32,000 bases of DNA from Candidatus Harpocratesius repetitus (GTDB lineage: Archaea; Asgardarchaeota; Lokiarchaeia; Sigyniarchaeales; Promethearchaeaceae). The notes beneath the pieces are model-generated. The model searched no databases. It was not told where the DNA came from and worked only from the letters and a program-made list of their open reading frames with translations. A program made the translations under genes and the position numbers. The stretch spans positions 1,560,001 to 1,592,000 of the forward strand of contig JAIZWK010000001.1 in NCBI GenBank assembly GCA_021498095.1, read 5' to 3'. This document shows positions 26,445 through 32,000 of this stretch, piece after piece; the first letter of the stretch is position 1; each line of letters opens with the position of its first letter.

Positions 26445-27068
26445 ATGATAACTAATATTTTAAAATCTAATCGTGAAATTACTAATGTTAACGGTTATGT
26501 TATCCGAAACTTCACTCGAAATGAAATAGCTGATTATAAAGAGTTTAAGATATCTCTAAATAATAATGGTATTGCAGTAATACAAATAAAAAGAGATTTG
26601 GTTTTTATCTTTCTTAATAATGAACTTCAATTATCAGATCTACAAAGTGAGATCGAGCATCTTTTATATCGTGGTGGTGTTCAAGTAAAACATCTTGAAA
26701 ATTTCGCATATTCCTTCGAAGAAAGAGATACATATCATGTCTTACCTTCAATATTATATAGTCTGATGATCTACAAATTGAAACGGGATTTTGGGGCAAC
26801 TTATGATAGAAAAGTGATTGAATATCTTGTTGATGGTCAATCTGTCCATCGATTTCAATTTCAATTTTTATTCGATAATGTCTTTAATGCCTATTTAATT
26901 CTCGATCCTTATCTATCTTATGATCAAGAAATAATTACTGCTAGGGAAAGATTAACCCGAATTGAATCAATTAAAGAAACAATCCAAGATATGGTATTAA
27001 CTTTGGGATCTCTTTCATTCAAATTTTCTGAAGAAATAAGTTTTAATCAATCAAATCAATTAAGGTGA
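26445..27068 (+). CDS. Putative Argonaute N-lobe partner (N-L1-L2/APAZ-like, no PAZ)
   Basis: MITNILK N-terminal strand, HRFQFQFLF...YLILDPYLSY (L1-like), ARERLTRIESI (L2-like helix); stop overlaps the next gene (GTGA). Confidence 0.62.
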   Translation: MITNILKSNREITNVNGYVIRNFTRNEIADYKEFKISLNNNGIAVIQIKRDLVFIFLNNELQLSDLQSEIEHLLYRGGVQVKHLENFAYSFEERDTYHVLPSILYSLMIYKLKRDFGATYDRKVIEYLVDGQSVHRFQFQFLFDNVFNAYLILDPYLSYDQEIITARERLTRIESIKETIQDMVLTLGSLSFKFSEEISFNQSNQLR

Positions 27069-28480
27069 AAAAATTGCAAATCGAAATTGAATATTTAAAA
27101 ACTCCACAAATACAAGTGTTTCCTGAACCAAACTTACTATTCAAAGTTGGTCAGAGAAGTACAATTAACAATGCTTTAATTGGTATTCAAAATCACGGTC
27201 CTTATGATTATAATTTAAATTTGAGAACATTTGATTCTATTAAGTTTATTGTAATTCACAATAACGATAAAGATTTACAAATAAAAACTCTCCATTTATT
27301 AAACAAACTAATATCACGTCAAGGTTATTATAAAGGCTTTAAAACTAATTTTAGATTGACAGAAGTAAAAATCCCAGAATCAACCGATGAATTCCTTATA
27401 TATAATTCACAAAATGATAACATCCTTTTTGATTTAAACCAAAAATATCCTATTACTGCAAAAAAAAGAGGTCAAATATACTTTGTAATTATTGTTGGAA
27501 ATGATCATCGTGCAATTGAAAACACAAATGAATATTATTACTTAAAAAAGATTTGTATTGAAAATGGTTATCCTTGCCAATATATTTCTAATTATAAAGG
27601 TCCAAATTACTCAGGTATACTTCAAAAAATGTCTGATACAAGAGGGTTACCTTACGCACTCTGGAATCTTGGTGTTGCAATTTATTCTAAATCGGGGGGT
27701 ATTCCTTGGGTTTTAAACAATCCTACACATATAAATATTAATTTAGGAATTAGATTTGCCCGAAATTATTCAGGAAATTATACGACTGGTTTTGCAACTT
27801 TATTTGATAAAAATGGTAGATTTATTCAGATATTTTCAAATTCTTATATAGATCGTGATTATAATCTCGGAAACGATGATTTTAAGAAAACATCCACAGG
27901 ATTAGTTGTACCTGAAATTATTGCAAAGAGAATGATTGAAGATACGATATCAAATTATAGATTATTTCATCGAGAATTACCAAATTCAATTTCAATCTAT
28001 AAACTTGGATATTTTGGCAAAGATGAACAAAAAGCGTTTATTTCTGCTTTAGAAGGGGATTTTCAAGACTATTATCTAATTGAAATAGTTGATAATACAT
28101 TGATTAGATTATTTGATGAATCCCGCTTTAATAAAATTATTGATAGAGGTTCTTTCATTCCTTTATCAAATAATTGGGGATTACTTTGTACAACTGGAAA
28201 TCACTCTAAAGATAAATTTAGAGGTTCCGAACAAGTAATTCATCAATTAGGAACTCCAAAACCCCTTTATATTAAAAAAATTTTTACAAAAAGTAATAAT
28301 GTTTCATTGGATTCTCATGCAAAAGATATTCTATCGTTAACTTCTTTACATTATCAAACAGTTACACACAACGAAATAAGATTACCTGCTCCATTGATAT
28401 TTGCTTTAAAAATAGCGAAAATGAAGAAATATAACATAACTCCACACGATTCATTGAAGAATACTCCTTGGTTTTTATAA
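27065..28480 (+). CDS. ago: Prokaryotic Argonaute, MID-PIWI only, predicted catalytically inactive
   Basis: YYYLKK...PCQYI...NLGVAIYSKSGGIPWVL (MID pocket Y-K-Q-K), GTPKPL, LTSLHYQT...RLPAPLIFALKIAK, C-terminal PWFL. Tetrad Asp positions read R (GIRF), L (IYKLG) and L (FALK). Start GTG 27065 or TTG 27074 (AGGTG + 6 nt). Confidence 0.93.
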   Translation: MKKLQIEIEYLKTPQIQVFPEPNLLFKVGQRSTINNALIGIQNHGPYDYNLNLRTFDSIKFIVIHNNDKDLQIKTLHLLNKLISRQGYYKGFKTNFRLTEVKIPESTDEFLIYNSQNDNILFDLNQKYPITAKKRGQIYFVIIVGNDHRAIENTNEYYYLKKICIENGYPCQYISNYKGPNYSGILQKMSDTRGLPYALWNLGVAIYSKSGGIPWVLNNPTHININLGIRFARNYSGNYTTGFATLFDKNGRFIQIFSNSYIDRDYNLGNDDFKKTSTGLVVPEIIAKRMIEDTISNYRLFHRELPNSISIYKLGYFGKDEQKAFISALEGDFQDYYLIEIVDNTLIRLFDESRFNKIIDRGSFIPLSNNWGLLCTTGNHSKDKFRGSEQVIHQLGTPKPLYIKKIFTKSNNVSLDSHAKDILSLTSLHYQTVTHNEIRLPAPLIFALKIAKMKKYNITPHDSLKNTPWFL

Positions 28481-29685
28481 TGACGGATACAATTTTTGAA
28501 TTAAGGGAATTTGAGCTCATCAAATATACTGAAAATTTATCGGATGAATTACCTGATCCTCTCCTCTTTTATCTACTTAAAACAATAGATTCTTCAAAAT
28601 ATGATGAAATTCTTAGGAATAATAATATTACACACTTTAGTCAATATCTAGATAATTGGAATTCAAATTTTGATTTAGATGGGATTAATGTTGTATTTAA
28701 TTGTATTAAAGTTTTGATTGAATTCGAAGAAATTGAAAGAGATGATGTTTTTAATTTATTGAATGAAATTTCCAAAATAGGTGAAATATACGATGATCTC
28801 CGTCTATTAACATTTTTAATTCTTCTAACAAAACATTCTATGAATCTTTTTAACAATGAGTCATATTTTCAACCGATATTTGATAATGTAAATTCATTTA
28901 AACACTTTCATCAATTAACTAATGATACTAAATCTTCCCATACATTGTTGCTATATCAAAATTTATCTAAGTATCTCATTGGTCTTGATTCAGAAATTGC
29001 AGTTGAAGAATTTTATATATTTTATCAAAGAAAGTATATTGATTATGAATTTCTAGAAATGATATCTTATTTATTAAATAAGAAATTACTTCCAAAATCA
29101 TTTTGTAATATTATAACCGATATATTAAGATATCATTCAAAAATATATATTGAATCGTTAATTTCTCAAACTTCAAGCATCGATGTTGATATTCCATATT
29201 TGCTTTCAGTAATCTATAATTCTTTTCAAGGTTTTGAATATAGATTTATTTTTCATAATAATCCAGGTACCGTTCTTTTAGAAAAAAATATCGGATTATT
29301 CACAAGATACTCATTAAATAATTTGGATCAAAGAATCACTGAATCCTTAAAAGAATTGGAATTATGTTTTAACCAAAATTGCTATTATTCATGTATGTTT
29401 CTAATAAGAAGAATCATTGAAGCAGCATTACATATCAAAGCATTAAGAGAAGGTAAACATGACCATTACAAAGATTCAAATGGTGAAGTTAAGGATTTAA
29501 AATATATTCCAGATATCGCAAAGGATTTGGGATTCATTTCTCGATATCATGCAAAAGATTTAAACACACTTGTTCAAAAAACAAACAATTATATTCATAA
29601 TTACCGGCAACCAAAACCAAATGAAAATGATCTCCGTGGCTATATTAATAATCTCTGTGAAATCGTAGAATCCTTATTCCATTAA
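28480..29685 (+). CDS. Helical N-terminal region + C-terminal DUF4145/HEPN-like domain; putative Argonaute-associated effector
   Basis: TAATG overlap with the ago stop; ELELCFNQNCYYSCMFLIRRIIEAAL...IAKDLGFI...LVQKTNNYIH follows the DUF4145 pattern. Confidence 0.72.
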   Translation: MTDTIFELREFELIKYTENLSDELPDPLLFYLLKTIDSSKYDEILRNNNITHFSQYLDNWNSNFDLDGINVVFNCIKVLIEFEEIERDDVFNLLNEISKIGEIYDDLRLLTFLILLTKHSMNLFNNESYFQPIFDNVNSFKHFHQLTNDTKSSHTLLLYQNLSKYLIGLDSEIAVEEFYIFYQRKYIDYEFLEMISYLLNKKLLPKSFCNIITDILRYHSKIYIESLISQTSSIDVDIPYLLSVIYNSFQGFEYRFIFHNNPGTVLLEKNIGLFTRYSLNNLDQRITESLKELELCFNQNCYYSCMFLIRRIIEAALHIKALREGKHDHYKDSNGEVKDLKYIPDIAKDLGFISRYHAKDLNTLVQKTNNYIHNYRQPKPNENDLRGYINNLCEIVESLFH

Positions 29686-29734
29686 TAAGCATATGCTTTA
29701 ATGATAAAAATTTGTACACATTTAGATGATTAAT

Positions 29735-30148
29735 ATGAATTCTGAAATTGAAGGTAAAGAAACTAATCCGTATGATCTATGGTGTTCTAATAGAATTATT
29801 CGTCGGTTAATTTCAATAGAGGAATGTGGAAAAATAGCAAAAAGAAGAAAGATTGTTAAAAATGTATATGATTTTCAATATTTTATTCAATATCTTATAG
29901 ATCATGGTTATGTGAAAATTTTTACCACACATAATAAGTATTCCACAGATATTCGATTCAATAGAGGCTTTTATCTCTACGAAAATGCTCCTGAAGAGAT
30001 TCCTTATTTTCATCCTCTTCAATTAATGCAGATAATTGATTTATTTTATTCTAACTTTATAATAGATCAACCTCGATTTGAAGATGTTACTTCTCAAAAA
30101 TATCTTTTCAACCAAGAGCGAAACAGAATTATAAAAGACAGAAAATGA
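29735..30148 (+). CDS. Hypothetical protein, possibly 3'-truncated by the downstream IS
   Basis: Co-oriented, 49 nt after the HEPN-like gene; contains YFHPLQ; ends just before a hairpin and the transposase region. In-frame ATG 29726 is an alternative start. Confidence 0.5.
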   Translation: MNSEIEGKETNPYDLWCSNRIIRRLISIEECGKIAKRRKIVKNVYDFQYFIQYLIDHGYVKIFTTHNKYSTDIRFNRGFYLYENAPEEIPYFHPLQLMQIIDLFYSNFIIDQPRFEDVTSQKYLFNQERNRIIKDRK

Positions 30149-30418
30149 CTTCCATTTAAACACTTGAAATGGACGACAAAAAACCACTTTTTTCATTCTG
30201 ATCTCGGAGAATTTGTTCTGCCTTCGGCTTTTGAAAGGAATTATTTTTGTAACTTGAGTAACTGAACTGAAGGAAAGATTTCTATAATTAAACGAATCCG
30301 GCGTGGTAATTTATCAAGAAAAATGCTAAGAAACGAATCAAAAAGTACAAAAGGGATTTAAGATTATAGATTGTTGCCAAACGCTCTACAATATTCCCTA
30401 AAAGAGGTCTTAAATCCC

Positions 30419-32000
30419 ATGATTAATAATACGGAGCTCTTAAAAGAATTTACGGATTTCATCAATCTTTTTGATCAACCATCAAAACAGGCAAAAATCC
30501 CCCATTCTTCTTCAGAAGTCCTAAATAGAATTGGTTTAACCCAAATAACTGCCATTCTTACAAATTCAGACACTGCATTTGCTCATCAGCTCTTAAAATC
30601 AATTTCAACTTTTTTTTTATCCATTCTTAAATCCATTGCCGATACTGAAGATCCTAAGCGCACATTAGAGCAAATCTTAAAGAAATTCAATCCAGATCAA
30701 CCAGCAAACTTACTTTCTACAAGTAGATCTTGTGTTCAAGCTCACATTCCACAAATGACAAAAAGTCAACTTGACGACCATTTGGAGCGTGAATATAAGA
30801 AAGAATTGAAGATATTAGATGATTATCATGCAAAATCTAAGTCTGTAGCTCTTGCGATTGATATGACGCACGAAAAAGTCTCCACGAAGTATAAAAATAA
30901 TCAACATTCATACGTTAGAATCGGACAACGGAAAGTATGGGAGACAAGCTTTAATTACTCAGCCATATATGATATTACTCATCAAAAGTTCTTGGGATTT
31001 AAGCATTTCAATGAACACAAAGTTGCAAACACAAATAAAAACCTTCAGCCATGGATTCTTCATTTACAAAATAAAATATCCGCTGTAAAAGAGGCAAAGT
31101 GTCAAGTTGAATTGATTGAAGCCGATAGGGGTTATTATAACTCTGAATTTTTTGCACTTTCTTATTTAGGAAAGATGCGGGGGTTTGACGTACCGTCTGA
31201 GTTTATCCGCTGTAATGTACCAACTAAGTTTACTGCAGGAAAAGAAGAATCTATATGGAATTTTCTGATTGATGAACAATCTAATCAAGTTTCTTTACAA
31301 TCTATGCAGTTAAACCATTATTGTCCGCCGAAACTTCGAGATTTATGCCGTAAATATAATGTTCCTTATGAAGATGGATATTATAAGATTCCTGTAGCCC
31401 AGGTTGTTTTAATAGATGAATATAAAAAAGGAAAATCCAGATCATTTGAATCTATAAAAAATGAAGCTTTTTCAATCCAAAATAGATTGCTTTCTATTCG
31501 GGAGCAGTTAAAACTCGCTGAAGATAAGTATTTCAAATTCCAACAAGCGACTAAAAAAAATCCACGCCGACTCAAATACAGGAAAGCCAAACGACGGAAA
31601 AAATTCAGCAATACTGAGGAAGAACGACTTTATCGCCTCTGTTATTCACTCTATGATCACAAAATTCGTTTGAAAGAGAAAAAGAATAAATTAATTCATG
31701 CTGTCACCTTCTTTACCATCTCGATTGCACCAGGAGAAGATCCTACGAAGTTGAACGGTAAATTTATCAAGTTTGCAAAGGACTATCATGAACGATGGGG
31801 GATTGAAAATGGTTTTCGAGATACGAAATACCAGTTTTTACATAAGAGTCGTTCCCAAAAATCTACACGACGACAATTTTATTGGATCGCAGGATTAGAA
31901 CTGTATAATCAATGGCAGCGACATAAACTGCTGGATCTTTTAGTACAAGAACGGGATCGCGTTCACAATATTGTTCCGTGGAATTCTCGACGTCGACATA
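30419..32000 (+). CDS. IS4-superfamily (ISH3/IS1634-like) DDE transposase, 3'-partial; absent from ORF track
   Basis: Frame 2 is open from 30362 to the window end: ALAIDMTHE (D, 30860), IEADRGYY (D, 31124), DYHERWGIENGFRDTK (E, 31805). The same frame continues upstream past a TAA at 30359-30361. Confidence 0.9.
   Translation, partial: MINNTELLKEFTDFINLFDQPSKQAKIPHSSSEVLNRIGLTQITAILTNSDTAFAHQLLKSISTFFLSILKSIADTEDPKRTLEQILKKFNPDQPANLLSTSRSCVQAHIPQMTKSQLDDHLEREYKKELKILDDYHAKSKSVALAIDMTHEKVSTKYKNNQHSYVRIGQRKVWETSFNYSAIYDITHQKFLGFKHFNEHKVANTNKNLQPWILHLQNKISAVKEAKCQVELIEADRGYYNSEFFALSYLGKMRGFDVPSEFIRCNVPTKFTAGKEESIWNFLIDEQSNQVSLQSMQLNHYCPPKLRDLCRKYNVPYEDGYYKIPVAQVVLIDEYKKGKSRSFESIKNEAFSIQNRLLSIREQLKLAEDKYFKFQQATKKNPRRLKYRKAKRRKKFSNTEEERLYRLCYSLYDHKIRLKEKKNKLIHAVTFFTISIAPGEDPTKLNGKFIKFAKDYHERWGIENGFRDTKYQFLHKSRSQKSTRRQFYWIAGLELYNQWQRHKLLDLLVQERDRVHNIVPWNSRRRH

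Noticed and set aside
27065-28480. Argonaute as an active slicer nuclease
   Set aside because: Three catalytic Asp positions of the DEDX tetrad read R, L and L (GIRF, IYKLG, FALK).
25477-28480. Functional link between PCNA and the Argonaute system
   Set aside because: 183-bp spacer with a T-rich terminator-like stretch and repeats; no PIP-box recognised in the island proteins. Adjacency is more simply an insertion site.

Overview
Low-GC archaeal chromosome segment, most likely an Asgard archaeon of the Lokiarchaeia (inferred from split RNA polymerase A'/A'', gene content and sequence style; no database search run). The housekeeping backbone is rpoA1-rpoA2-rpl30e-rps12-rps7, pyrB, rpl44e-rps27e-tfs, an RPA3-like gene and PCNA. 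It is interrupted by a complete IS1/IS6-like element (22-bp TIRs, 8-bp TSD), an IS607 TnpA remnant in frame with a large unknown ORF, and a 3'-partial IS4-superfamily transposase missing from the ORF track. The most notable locus lies just downstream of PCNA: three overlapping genes encoding a PAZ-less Argonaute N-lobe-like protein, a slicer-dead MID-PIWI Argonaute and a helical protein ending in a DUF4145/HEPN-like domain. This looks like a candidate split-Argonaute defence system with a putative RNase effector. Other notable items: a ~300-aa triple-repeat tail on RNA polymerase A', an apparent ATC start codon for that gene, and an ArsR-HTH/ATP-cone/degenerate NrdD fusion. No rRNA, tRNA or CRISPR array was seen.
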